A stretch of DNA of 64,000 nt. It comes from Marinilabiliales bacterium. Lineage in GTDB: Bacteria; Bacteroidota; Bacteroidia; Bacteroidales; PUMT01. The notes beneath the pieces were generated by a model. That model saw only the letters and a list, made by a program, of their open reading frames with translations, was not told the origin of the DNA and did not search any database. The stretch is from positions 294 through 64,293 of the forward strand of contig REEN01000060.1 of assembly GCA_007695015.1 (NCBI GenBank), written 5' to 3'. Of this stretch, positions 45,357 through 54,302 are shown in pieces; positions within the stretch are counted from its first letter, which is position 1; each line of letters begins with the position of its first letter. The position numbers and the translations under genes were made by a program.

Positions 45357-46694
45357 TTATCTCGAATGCCCGAGGTATGAACGCACATTCCTGAACCCTA
45401 TATATGATTTGGCAGTGTCCTGGTACTCGTAGGTGCGTGTGCTTACCTGCAGGTAATATGCCACATCCTTCCAGGAACCTCCCCTGATCACCTTCCTTTT
45501 CATTGCCGGCGGATCCTGCGGAAGGGCGTTATATGTATAATTGGGATTCATGTCGTGCGAAAATGTATAAAATGATTCGTCATAGGCATTTTCTGTCCAT
45601 TCGGCAACGTTACCCGCCATGTCGTAAAGCCCGTAGTCGTTGGGCTCGAATGAGGCAACCGGTGCAGTATAGAGCCAGCCGTCATCGGTGTAGTTGCCGC
45701 GCATAGGCTTGAAGTTGGCAAGGAAGCACCCCTCCATGTTCCTGGTGTAGGGACCTCCCCATGGGTACATTGACAGGGGAATTCCTCCGCGGGCAGCATA
45801 TTCCCACTCAGATTCGAGGGGGAGCCTGTAGTTCTGTACAAAACCCTGTCCCCTCCGCAACAGATGTTCGTTTAGATAATTTGTGCGCCAGATGCTGAAA
45901 GCCTGCGCCTGTTTCCAGGTTACACCAACAACAGGATAGTTGTCGTATGAGGGATGCCAGAAATACATGTTGGCCATTGGTTCGTTGTATGAATATGTAA
46001 AGTCGTGAATCCAGACCAGGGTGTCGGGGTATACATTTACCTGGTCGCGCAGCACGAAGGATGAACGGTCGACTATAGGGACCTCTTCTCCAAGCTGATT
46101 GTATATAACTCCCTCGTATTGCTGTGTTTCAGGGTTCCAGCGGTTAGACCTGCGGGCAGCCTGCTGGTAGTCAACCCAGAAATACTCATAGATCAGTTTC
46201 CTTGTGTCGATCTCTTTTCTCCTGTAGAAACGCTCCTGCTCAGGATAGTACATCTCCTCCAGCGCCTCAACAACTTCGGGGTCCCTCATATCTATACGGG
46301 GACGCCAGTTAAGCCTGGGAGGGTCTATCTCATTACCCAGCTCATCCTCCATTATCAGGAAGTCGTCAAAACCGTAATCACCAAGCATTCTTCTCATCAT
46401 AGAGTCCCTTACATAATAGACAAACTGACGGTACTTATTGTTCGTGATCTCGGTTTCGTCCATCCAGAATGCATCTACCGATATGGTCCTTGAGAAGGCA
46501 TTCTGTGAGAACATGACGTCTTCATCGTTCGGCCCCATCATAAAATGCCCCTGTGGTATGAAGACCATCCCATAGGGATCGGGTTCGTGCCATCTCTGCC
46601 TGTCCTGGACCCCTACGAGCTCTCCGCTCGGGGCTCTGCCGCACCCTTTAAATATTACCGCGGCAAGAACTAATAGAAAAAAGAATCGCTTCAT
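45357..46694 (-). CDS. gldK: Gliding motility / T9SS lipoprotein GldK (PorK), FGE-sulfatase fold
   Basis: 445 aa. Lipobox 'VIFKGCG', 'GMVFIPQGHFMMGPNDED', and C-terminal 'RGGSWKDVAYYLQVSTR' (SUMF1/FGE-like). Confidence 0.92.
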   Translation of the reverse strand: MKRFFFLLVLAAVIFKGCGRAPSGELVGVQDRQRWHEPDPYGMVFIPQGHFMMGPNDEDVMFSQNAFSRTISVDAFWMDETEITNNKYRQFVYYVRDSMMRRMLGDYGFDDFLIMEDELGNEIDPPRLNWRPRIDMRDPEVVEALEEMYYPEQERFYRRKEIDTRKLIYEYFWVDYQQAARRSNRWNPETQQYEGVIYNQLGEEVPIVDRSSFVLRDQVNVYPDTLVWIHDFTYSYNEPMANMYFWHPSYDNYPVVGVTWKQAQAFSIWRTNYLNEHLLRRGQGFVQNYRLPLESEWEYAARGGIPLSMYPWGGPYTRNMEGCFLANFKPMRGNYTDDGWLYTAPVASFEPNDYGLYDMAGNVAEWTENAYDESFYTFSHDMNPNYTYNALPQDPPAMKRKVIRGGSWKDVAYYLQVSTRTYEYQDTAKSYIGFRNVRSYLGHSR

Positions 46695-46845
46695 CTTACT
46701 TATATTTACTTATTATATTATTCGCATACTGAATTGGCTTGCTAACGAACCTTTTCGCCTTTAACTATTTAGGAAATGGTCATAAAGCTCATCTTATGCA
46801 AATTTCTCTTTTTTTTTTAATTATCCAACATTAATTTATCATTTT

Positions 46846-47790
46846 CTACAAAATTCTTATGCTTCTGTACCGTTGCGGTGTCCTGTCCATGTCAAGGTCG
46901 AAACAGTATCTCAGCATAAATTCATGAGAACCCTTGTTGTGTCTCATTATTGCTGTTGTTGAGAAATCGTATGAATAACCTATGTTTATGCCATTGAACA
47001 GCTCGACCCCTGCTATTCCGACTATTGCAGCGCCATGACGGTAAAAAAGGCCGCCCCAAAGCCTGCTGTTGTAGTCAATTATGGCCCCTATGTTAAGCTG
47101 GGCAATTGCTCCGTCGGTCTGCAGAAGAACGGCCGGTAGTGCGCTGACTGAGGGGTTTTTCATCGGCAGGCGGTACCCTGCGGTAAGGTAATAATGCCTG
47201 CTCCTGAACGGACGGGCGCTCTGGGTATACTCAACAGCCGGCTCGTTTATGTGTGTTGATGAGATGCCAACGTAAAGATCGCCGTCATAATAGAACAGTC
47301 CACCTGAAAAGTCAACTGTCAGTACTGTCTCGTTTCCTGCGGGTATTGAAGGGTCGGCCGAAGGGGTGGTGAAATCTTCGCCGGCCGGCACAAACCAGTC
47401 CGCGTCCAGCGATGAATTAATTACCCCTAATCCAAAGCCTATGCCCAGCTTGCCGTTGCCGAGATTCATCCTGAAAGCGTAGGAGGCGTTGATGCTGAGG
47501 TTGGTCTCAAAACCTGCCTCATCGTTCAATATATGAAGCCCAGCCCCGTGGTCGGCCCCGAAAAGCCTGAAAGGCGAATTGACAGTGAATAGCGATGAAA
47601 CCGGCGCACCCTCGAATCCAACCCACTGCTGCCGGTTGACCGCTGTTGCACAGATCGCATTCTTGCTGCCTACATATCCGGGATTGAACATCATAATATT
47701 ATACATACTTTGGCTGAACTGCGGATCCTGTTGGGCGTTGCCCGGGAATACCGTCACAATGAAAATGATCAGACCAAAAATTCGCTTCAT
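46846..47790 (-). CDS. porP: Type IX secretion system membrane protein PorP/SprF family
   Basis: 314 aa. Signal peptide, then 'AQQDPQFSQSMYNIMMFNPGYVG' (PorP/SprF signature). Sits immediately upstream of gldK. Confidence 0.9.
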   Translation of the reverse strand: MKRIFGLIIFIVTVFPGNAQQDPQFSQSMYNIMMFNPGYVGSKNAICATAVNRQQWVGFEGAPVSSLFTVNSPFRLFGADHGAGLHILNDEAGFETNLSINASYAFRMNLGNGKLGIGFGLGVINSSLDADWFVPAGEDFTTPSADPSIPAGNETVLTVDFSGGLFYYDGDLYVGISSTHINEPAVEYTQSARPFRSRHYYLTAGYRLPMKNPSVSALPAVLLQTDGAIAQLNIGAIIDYNSRLWGGLFYRHGAAIVGIAGVELFNGINIGYSYDFSTTAIMRHNKGSHEFMLRYCFDLDMDRTPQRYRSIRIL

Positions 47791-48072
47791 ACCTGCCGGA
47801 TGCCTCTGTTAAAAAAATGTTAAGTTTTTTAAATGTTGATTGTAAAGAAAATAAAAAAAACTATTTCACACAAATAATTAACATGGTCCGGCATTTCTGA
47901 ATGTTGGTACTTATACTGAAGTGATCCGGATAAAGTTTCCTTTAGGGTGCAAAAAATGAGAATATTTTTACAAAAAGGGTTTTTAGCCGGGGTCCCGGTT
48001 GCGAATCATTTGCGTATCCTGGCTTTCTGTATTCCTGTTTATATGGACCGCACTGATGAAGGTGCGGCCGGT

Positions 48073-49233
48073 TCAGTGGTTAACTTTCCTGAAGTTCTGC
48101 CACCACCTTTCGGGCACTTCCTGGTGGCAGGCCCGCTGGTAATCTTCGTATGAGCAGGCAACCATCAGGCTTTTGGGAAGTTTTGACGAGGGCACCTCCA
48201 TCCACCACCGGTCGCTTTTGTTACTTTTGTAAAATACTATTTCGTTGCCGGTATCGGTAAGGTTGACAATGAATTTGGTGCAGTCGGCCGAGGGGGTGAA
48301 CGGGTATTCGCCATCCCTCCTGTAAAATCCGTCTGCGAAATACCAGGCCATCTGTGCTGCCTGCCGTGCGGTATGGTCTCTTACGTCGTAGCCTCCGAAC
48401 CAGTTCGTTATTGCCATGGCCGAGAGCCTTTCGCTTTTACCGGCATACCAGGCAAGCTGGCAGATCTCCTCGCCATGGAACCCGTTTGGTGAAGGGAACA
48501 GTGCGGCGGGAGCATCGGCCTGGCGGACTGCCGACATGCTCATCACCATCAGGTCGGTGTCGCGGATCACCGGCTCGGCCTCTTTCAGGTTCTCCCGTAC
48601 CAGTCCCAGTCGCATCCCGTCGAACATCATATCATCCAGAAGCCTTTTCTCCAGGGTGCCGGTGAAGTAGGACTGGTACCCTATGCTGGTGTAGTTGAAC
48701 AGGTACTTCGATTTTGACGATATTATACCGGCCAGCCAGGACTGAACGGGAGGTGCGTCGGGAAAATGGTCGGATGCCATGCCGGGCCGGCTGTCGACCG
48801 AGGTAAGGTTGGTCACCCTTTTGTTCTTCTCGAATGCCCTGAACAGTGCTGCAGCTATGTCGGATGATCCCCCGATAAGCAGTGGAATGGTATTTTCTGC
48901 TGTAAGTGCTGTGGCGATGTCTGCAATTGCCACGAGGCTGTCATTATGGGTCTTGCCTGACCTGAGGTTTCCCAGGTCGGCTATCTTCATATTTTCAGAT
49001 GGCCTGGAGAGGTTGTAGAGGCACTCCCTTGCCCGGTCAGCAGCCTGGCTGCAGTTGTCGCGGTGACTGCCGCGGTATTCGGAAATGCCAATTATCGCTA
49101 TATCAGCTTTCTCCCATCCGGGGAATTTTCCCCCGGGCCTGTTTGCCTGTATGCCGGTTCCGAAAACGCTGCTTTCGCCAAGCCTGTAGTCTTCCAGTTC
49201 GGCGACGGGATCAAAATAATCGGCCAGTTTCAT
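48073..49233 (-). CDS. Arginase/formiminoglutamase-fold protein with apparently degenerate metal-binding motifs
   Basis: 386 aa with an HutG-like layout ('ADIAIIGISEYRGS', 'IPLLIGGSSDIAAA', 'LTSVDSRPG', 'VMSMSAVRQADAPA'). The start lies 6 bp after the topA stop. Confidence 0.65.
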   Translation of the reverse strand: MKLADYFDPVAELEDYRLGESSVFGTGIQANRPGGKFPGWEKADIAIIGISEYRGSHRDNCSQAADRARECLYNLSRPSENMKIADLGNLRSGKTHNDSLVAIADIATALTAENTIPLLIGGSSDIAAALFRAFEKNKRVTNLTSVDSRPGMASDHFPDAPPVQSWLAGIISSKSKYLFNYTSIGYQSYFTGTLEKRLLDDMMFDGMRLGLVRENLKEAEPVIRDTDLMVMSMSAVRQADAPAALFPSPNGFHGEEICQLAWYAGKSERLSAMAITNWFGGYDVRDHTARQAAQMAWYFADGFYRRDGEYPFTPSADCTKFIVNLTDTGNEIVFYKSNKSDRWWMEVPSSKLPKSLMVACSYEDYQRACHQEVPERWWQNFRKVNH

Positions 49234-49239
49234 CTCAGT

Positions 49240-51564
49240 TTATTTTTTTTTCTTTTTTGCGCCCTTATCCTTCTGGTCCTTAATAATCTCCATACAAGCC
49301 TCACTGTCAAGGCCGGCCGGGTCAATGTTTTTGGGAATACGGTAGTTCTTCTTTTCGTAGGAAATATAAGGGCCCCACCTCCCGTTCAGGATTGACAGGC
49401 CTTCAGGCTCGTCAAAGATCTTTATTATCTTCTCGCGGTCAGCCTTTCTCTTCTCTTCAATAAGCTCGACCGCCCTTTCAATATCAACAGACCAGGGACT
49501 GTCAACATCCTTTTTAAGGGATACGAACTTATTGTCATGCCTGATATAGGGACCGAAGCGTCCGATGCCTGCGACAACCTCCTTATCTTCGTATTCGCCC
49601 AGCTTCCGCGGAAGCGCAAACAATTCAAGCGCCTCCTCAAGGGTGATGGTTTCCAGCCTCTGCTCCTTGCGAAGTGAAGCAAATCTTGGTTTTTCGTCGT
49701 TGTCTGTTTCTCCGATCTGGGCCATCGGGCCGAAACGGCCGATCTTGACATAAACGTTCTTGCCGCTTTGCGGATCAACTCCCAGCAGACGCTCACCCTG
49801 CCTCCTGCCGGTAGTTTCAAGGGTGTGTTCCACCTTTTTGTGGAACGGGTCGTAAAATCTGCCGATCATCTCAGGCCATGAGAGTTTTCCCTCTGCTATA
49901 TGGTCAAACTCCTCCTCAACCGTAGCGGTAAAATTATAATCGAGAATGTCCTTAAAGTTGTCGACAAGGAAATCGTTCACCACCATTCCTATATCATTCG
50001 GGAAAAGCTTGGCCTTCTCCCTGCCTGCCGTCTCTGTGCGTTTCTGCTGATCAATGTTGCCGGCGGAATCCATATTTATTACGTTATAGCTGCGTTCTCT
50101 GCCGGGCCTGTCCTCCTTTACCACATACCCCCTGTTCTGAATGGTCGATATGGTGGGTGCATAGGTTGAGGGGCGACCGATGCCCAGTTCCTCGAGCTTT
50201 CGGACGAGGCTTGCTTCAGTGTACCTTGGCGGATGCTGTGTGAAACGTTCGGTAGCTGTTATCTCAAGGGCTTTGGGTTTGTCGCCCTTAGTCAGGGGCG
50301 GCAGCAATGAAGCCCCGTTCTCTTCCTTCTCGTCGTCGGCCGACTCAACATACACTTTCAGGAACCCGTCAAATTTAAGCACCTCTCCACTTGCTGCAAA
50401 ATTATCTGTCGTGGTTGATATGTCTATTGTTACGTTTGTCTTTTCAAACTGAGCTTCGCTCATCTGCGACGCCACTGTTCTTTTCCAGATCAGCTCGTAC
50501 AGCCTCTGCTCAGCAGTGTTGCTGCCCTCTGTCCTGTTTTCAAGGTAGGTGGGCCTGATAGCCTCGTGTGCCTCCTGGGCTCCCCGTGTTTTTGTCTTAA
50601 AGTTGCGTGTTTTGAGATATTTTTCCCCGTACTCTGATTTAATGACCCTTGCAGCTGATGCCAGGGCAGAGGCTGACAGGTTGACCGAGTCGGTCCTCAT
50701 ATAGGTTATCTTTCCTGCCTCGTAAAGCCTTTGTGCCAGCGTCATGGTCTGCGAAACCGAAAAGCCCAGCTTCCTTCCGGCCTCCTGCTGGAGCGTGGAG
50801 GTTGTAAAGGGTGGTGCAGGAGATTTCTTTAAAGGCTTTGTGGTTATATCGGTTATGGTATAGGAAGCCCCCCTGCACTTCTCCAGGAAACCCAGCGCCT
50901 CGTTCCTGGTACGGAACCTTTTGGGCAGCTCGGCTTTGAATTTTGCGGTCTCCTTTCCTGCTCCGGCAACTTCAAAGAGGGCCGTTATCCTGTATGAGGA
51001 TGATTGTTTGAAGGCAAGGATCTCCCGTTCGCGCTCCACAAGCAGGCGAACGGCCACCGACTGCACTCTCCCTGCCGAGAGAGCCGGCTTAATCTTTTTC
51101 CACAACACGGGAGAAAGCTCGAAGCCTACCAGCCGGTCCAGCACTCTCCTGGCCTGCTGTGCATTTACAAGCTCCATTTTTACCGGCCTGGGATTTTCGA
51201 TGGCTTTTAGGATGGCTTCTTTTGTTATTTCGTGGAATACTATTCGCTTTACCTTCTCAGGTTTCAGTCCCAATACCTCCATAAGGTGCCAGGCTATAGC
51301 TTCACCTTCCCTGTCCTCGTCAGATGCGAGCCATACCGTATTTGCCCTGGCTGCGCTTTGCCGGAGATCGGCAACCACTTTCTTTTTTTCTTCGGATATA
51401 ATGTATTGGGGTTCGAATCCGTTTTCAATATCAATACCGAAGTTTTTTTTGGAAAGATCCCGTATGTGTCCGAAACTCGACTTTACCGTGAAATCTTTTC
51501 CCAAAAACTTCTCTATGGTTTTCGCCTTCGCGGGTGATTCAACTATTACCAGATTGGCTGCCAT
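49240..51564 (-). CDS. topA: DNA topoisomerase I
   Basis: 774 aa. Toprim 'LVIVESPAKAKTIEKFLG', 'DEDREGEAI', active-site Tyr context 'GKITYMRTDS', and a C-terminal Lys-rich tail. Confidence 0.96.
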   Translation of the reverse strand: MAANLVIVESPAKAKTIEKFLGKDFTVKSSFGHIRDLSKKNFGIDIENGFEPQYIISEEKKKVVADLRQSAARANTVWLASDEDREGEAIAWHLMEVLGLKPEKVKRIVFHEITKEAILKAIENPRPVKMELVNAQQARRVLDRLVGFELSPVLWKKIKPALSAGRVQSVAVRLLVEREREILAFKQSSSYRITALFEVAGAGKETAKFKAELPKRFRTRNEALGFLEKCRGASYTITDITTKPLKKSPAPPFTTSTLQQEAGRKLGFSVSQTMTLAQRLYEAGKITYMRTDSVNLSASALASAARVIKSEYGEKYLKTRNFKTKTRGAQEAHEAIRPTYLENRTEGSNTAEQRLYELIWKRTVASQMSEAQFEKTNVTIDISTTTDNFAASGEVLKFDGFLKVYVESADDEKEENGASLLPPLTKGDKPKALEITATERFTQHPPRYTEASLVRKLEELGIGRPSTYAPTISTIQNRGYVVKEDRPGRERSYNVINMDSAGNIDQQKRTETAGREKAKLFPNDIGMVVNDFLVDNFKDILDYNFTATVEEEFDHIAEGKLSWPEMIGRFYDPFHKKVEHTLETTGRRQGERLLGVDPQSGKNVYVKIGRFGPMAQIGETDNDEKPRFASLRKEQRLETITLEEALELFALPRKLGEYEDKEVVAGIGRFGPYIRHDNKFVSLKKDVDSPWSVDIERAVELIEEKRKADREKIIKIFDEPEGLSILNGRWGPYISYEKKNYRIPKNIDPAGLDSEACMEIIKDQKDKGAKKKKK

Positions 51565-51652
51565 TTTGTTACACTTAGAAAAACATAATAAAAACGCACA
51601 AAGTAAAGCATTTGGCTTTGTAACGTCAAAATTTTAGTGAATATTATTTACT

Positions 51653-51660
51653 ATTTTTGT
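51653..51660 (+). promoter_or_regulatory. Candidate -7 promoter box (TAnnTTTG)
   Basis: Exact 'tatttttg' match 83 nt upstream of the PBP gene ATG. Confidence 0.35.
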
Positions 51661-51742
51661 CGCTTTACGGATATATACAACATTATCCAAAGGCCGCTTA
51701 ACCCGCGGCCGGCGGCAGTGGATCAAAGTTGCCACAGATAAT

Positions 51743-54106
51743 ATGGAAAAACAAGATAAGAACAAAACCGGTAGAAAAAGGTTCAAGCTTTACCTTGCGG
51801 TGCTCTGGGGATTTTTCCTGGTGCCTTTTATTACGCTGGTAACAATATTCACCCTTATTGCCACCGGCAAAATGGGGTTCATGCCCACGTTCGAGGATCT
51901 GGAGAATCCGCAGAACAATATAGCCTCACAGGTCTTTTCGGCCGACGGGGAGCTGCTTGGCAGCTACTATCTGCAGAACCGGATCTATGTCGAATTTGAC
52001 GAATTGTCGGAGAATATTGTGAATTCGCTTCTTGCCACTGAGGATATCAGGTTCCGCAGGCATGCCGGGGTCGATGCGCGTGGACTTGCACGGGTGGGGA
52101 TAAAATCAATTCTGCTCAGGCAGGATGCCGGAGGCGGAAGCACCATTACACAGCAGCTGGCAAAGAACCTGTTCCCCCGCGATACCACATCATACCGCTT
52201 CGGGATAAGCAGAAAGGTAAACCTGGGTATTACCAAGTTCAAAGAGTGGGTTACTGCCGTCAAGCTGGAGAGGAACTATACCAAGGATGAGATCATCGTA
52301 ATGTACCTCAACACCGTTGACTTCGGAAGCCATTCCTACGGCATCAAAACAGCCGCCCGCACCTTTTTCAATACGACGCCCGACTCGCTTATGGTTGAAG
52401 AGGCTGCCCTGCTGATAGGGGTTCTCAAGGCGCCCACCTGGTACAGTCCGGTCCGCAACCCCGAACGCGCTCTCAATCGTCGCAATGTGGTTCTAAGGCA
52501 ACTTCACCGGTACGATTTCATTTCCACCAGCGAGTTTGATTCACTTGCGGCGTTGCCGATACAGCTGAATTACCTGGTGCAGGACCATACTGTGGGCCCG
52601 GCACGTCATTTCAGGGAGAGGCTGCGAACCATCCTTAGGGCAAATGAGCCCAGGCGCGAGAGCTACCTTTTTTATGACAGGTTCAGGATGGATTCGATTG
52701 AATGGGCCAACAACCCGCTTTACGGCTGGGTAAACAAGAACTACAAGCCTGACGGCACCAATTATAACCTCTACCGTGACGGACTGCGGATCTTTACAAC
52801 CATTGATTCGCGTATGCAGCGTTATGCAGAGGAGGCGCTTGAAGAGCACCTTGGAAAAGACCTGCAAAATGATTTTGATATGATCCGCCGGAGTTACGCC
52901 AGGAATCCATTCTCCGACGACCTTACTGATGAGCAGGTTGAGCAGAACATTGAACGAACCATGCGGCGTACAGAGAGGTATGAAAAGCTCAGATGGGCCG
53001 GAATTCCGCACGATTCAATCCTGAAAATATTCAATACGCCTGCAAGGATGAGCGTATTTTCATGGGAAGGGGAGATAGATACCATAATGACGCCTCTCGA
53101 TTCCATCTGGTATTACAAAAAATTCCTCCGTTCGGGTTTTATGGCAATGGACCCTTCCAGCGGCAATATAAGAGCATATGTGGGTGGTCCCGATTATACC
53201 CATTTCAAGTATGACCATGTAAGTCTTGGCAGGAACCAGGTCGGCTCGATATTCAAACCGTTCCTCTATACACTGGCCATGCAGGAGGGGCACGAGCCCT
53301 GTGAAATGGTTCCCAACATACCCCAGTCATTCGTGGTGAATGACTCGGTATGGACTCCAAGGAATTCAGGGCCAACTGATTATGACGGGCAGATGGTCAC
53401 TTTGAAATGGGGGCTGGCAAATTCAGTAAACCAGATATCTGCCTGGCTTATGAAACGGTTCAACCCTCCGGCGGTCATTGATGTGGCCAGGAAGATGGGC
53501 GTCCACAGTCCAATTGACCCGGTGCAGTCGGTGTTCATGGGTACATCAGACATCACACTTTACGAAATGGTCTCTGCGTTTTCCACCTATGCAAACCAGG
53601 GTATATATAATTTCCCGGTCATGGTAACGCGCATAGAAGACCGGCATGGTAATGTGATAGCCGAATTCCAGCCCCGTGTTGAGGAGGCCATATCGGAGGA
53701 GGCGGCCTACCTTATGATCAACCTTCTCCAGTCCGTCGTCGATGAAGGCACCGGCCGCAGGCTGAGGTTCAGGTACGGGTTCAGCGGCGATATGGCAGGC
53801 AAGACCGGCACCACCCAGCGTTTTTCCGACGGCTGGTTCATCGGGATCGTTCCGCAGCTTGTTGCCGGGACATGGACGGGGGGGGAGGACCGTGGCATCA
53901 GGTTCAACAATATTAGCATGGGACAGGGAGCCAACATGGCATTACCCATATTCGCCATGTTCATGGAGAAGGTTTACGCCGACGAATCGCTCGGAATAAC
54001 ACAGGAAGATGAGTTTGAAGTGCCGCCCGGGTTCAGTATCAACCTCGATTGCGACAGGGTGTTTCGCGCAATTCCGGTTAACCGTTACGACGATTTTTAC
54101 TACTAA
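51743..54106 (+). CDS. Class A penicillin-binding protein (PBP1A-type transglycosylase/transpeptidase)
   Basis: 787 aa. GT51 motifs 'EDIRFRRHAGVD' and 'GGSTITQQLAKN'. Transpeptidase motifs 'SIFKP' (SxxK), 'SVN' (SxN) and 'KTGT'. Confidence 0.94.
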   Translation: MEKQDKNKTGRKRFKLYLAVLWGFFLVPFITLVTIFTLIATGKMGFMPTFEDLENPQNNIASQVFSADGELLGSYYLQNRIYVEFDELSENIVNSLLATEDIRFRRHAGVDARGLARVGIKSILLRQDAGGGSTITQQLAKNLFPRDTTSYRFGISRKVNLGITKFKEWVTAVKLERNYTKDEIIVMYLNTVDFGSHSYGIKTAARTFFNTTPDSLMVEEAALLIGVLKAPTWYSPVRNPERALNRRNVVLRQLHRYDFISTSEFDSLAALPIQLNYLVQDHTVGPARHFRERLRTILRANEPRRESYLFYDRFRMDSIEWANNPLYGWVNKNYKPDGTNYNLYRDGLRIFTTIDSRMQRYAEEALEEHLGKDLQNDFDMIRRSYARNPFSDDLTDEQVEQNIERTMRRTERYEKLRWAGIPHDSILKIFNTPARMSVFSWEGEIDTIMTPLDSIWYYKKFLRSGFMAMDPSSGNIRAYVGGPDYTHFKYDHVSLGRNQVGSIFKPFLYTLAMQEGHEPCEMVPNIPQSFVVNDSVWTPRNSGPTDYDGQMVTLKWGLANSVNQISAWLMKRFNPPAVIDVARKMGVHSPIDPVQSVFMGTSDITLYEMVSAFSTYANQGIYNFPVMVTRIEDRHGNVIAEFQPRVEEAISEEAAYLMINLLQSVVDEGTGRRLRFRYGFSGDMAGKTGTTQRFSDGWFIGIVPQLVAGTWTGGEDRGIRFNNISMGQGANMALPIFAMFMEKVYADESLGITQEDEFEVPPGFSINLDCDRVFRAIPVNRYDDFYY

Positions 54107-54157
54107 AGTCAGGCATTTTTAACCAGGCAGGCAGGCTCCGACCAATAATTCATGGAA

Positions 54158-54302
54158 GCCTGCCCTGCAGGTTCTCATTTGCGTTGGCCGCCCCTGCAGA
54201 TTATTATTTGGGGTAGCCGCCCCGAAAGGTTTTTATTTGGGGTAGCCGCCCCTGCAGATTATCATTTGAGGCAGCCGCCCCTGCAGGTTCTCATTTACGC
54301 CT
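54158..54302. repeat. 29-bp x 5 tandem array ending on the radA stop codon
   Basis: Units start at 54158, 54187, 54216, 54245 and 54274: gcctgccctgcaggttctcatttgcgttg / gccgcccctgcagattattatttggggta / gccgccccgaaaggtttttatttggggta / gccgcccctgcagattatcatttgaggca / gccgcccctgcaggttctcatttacgcct. The last unit contains the radA stop (54291-54293) and its last codons. Confidence 0.9.

Noticed and set aside
49243-49258. Homopolymeric T runs (9 T, then 6 T) as a potential phase-variation tract
   Set aside because: They encode the terminal poly-Lys tail (…AKKKKK) of topA, immediately before its stop. A slip would change only the last few residues of an essential gene, so this is not a plausible switch.
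51411-51421. A perfect tRNA T-arm-like string 'ggttcgaatcc'
   Set aside because: It lies inside the topA coding sequence, where it encodes ...GFEPQ... on the minus strand. The flanking 70 nt show no acceptor, D or anticodon stems.
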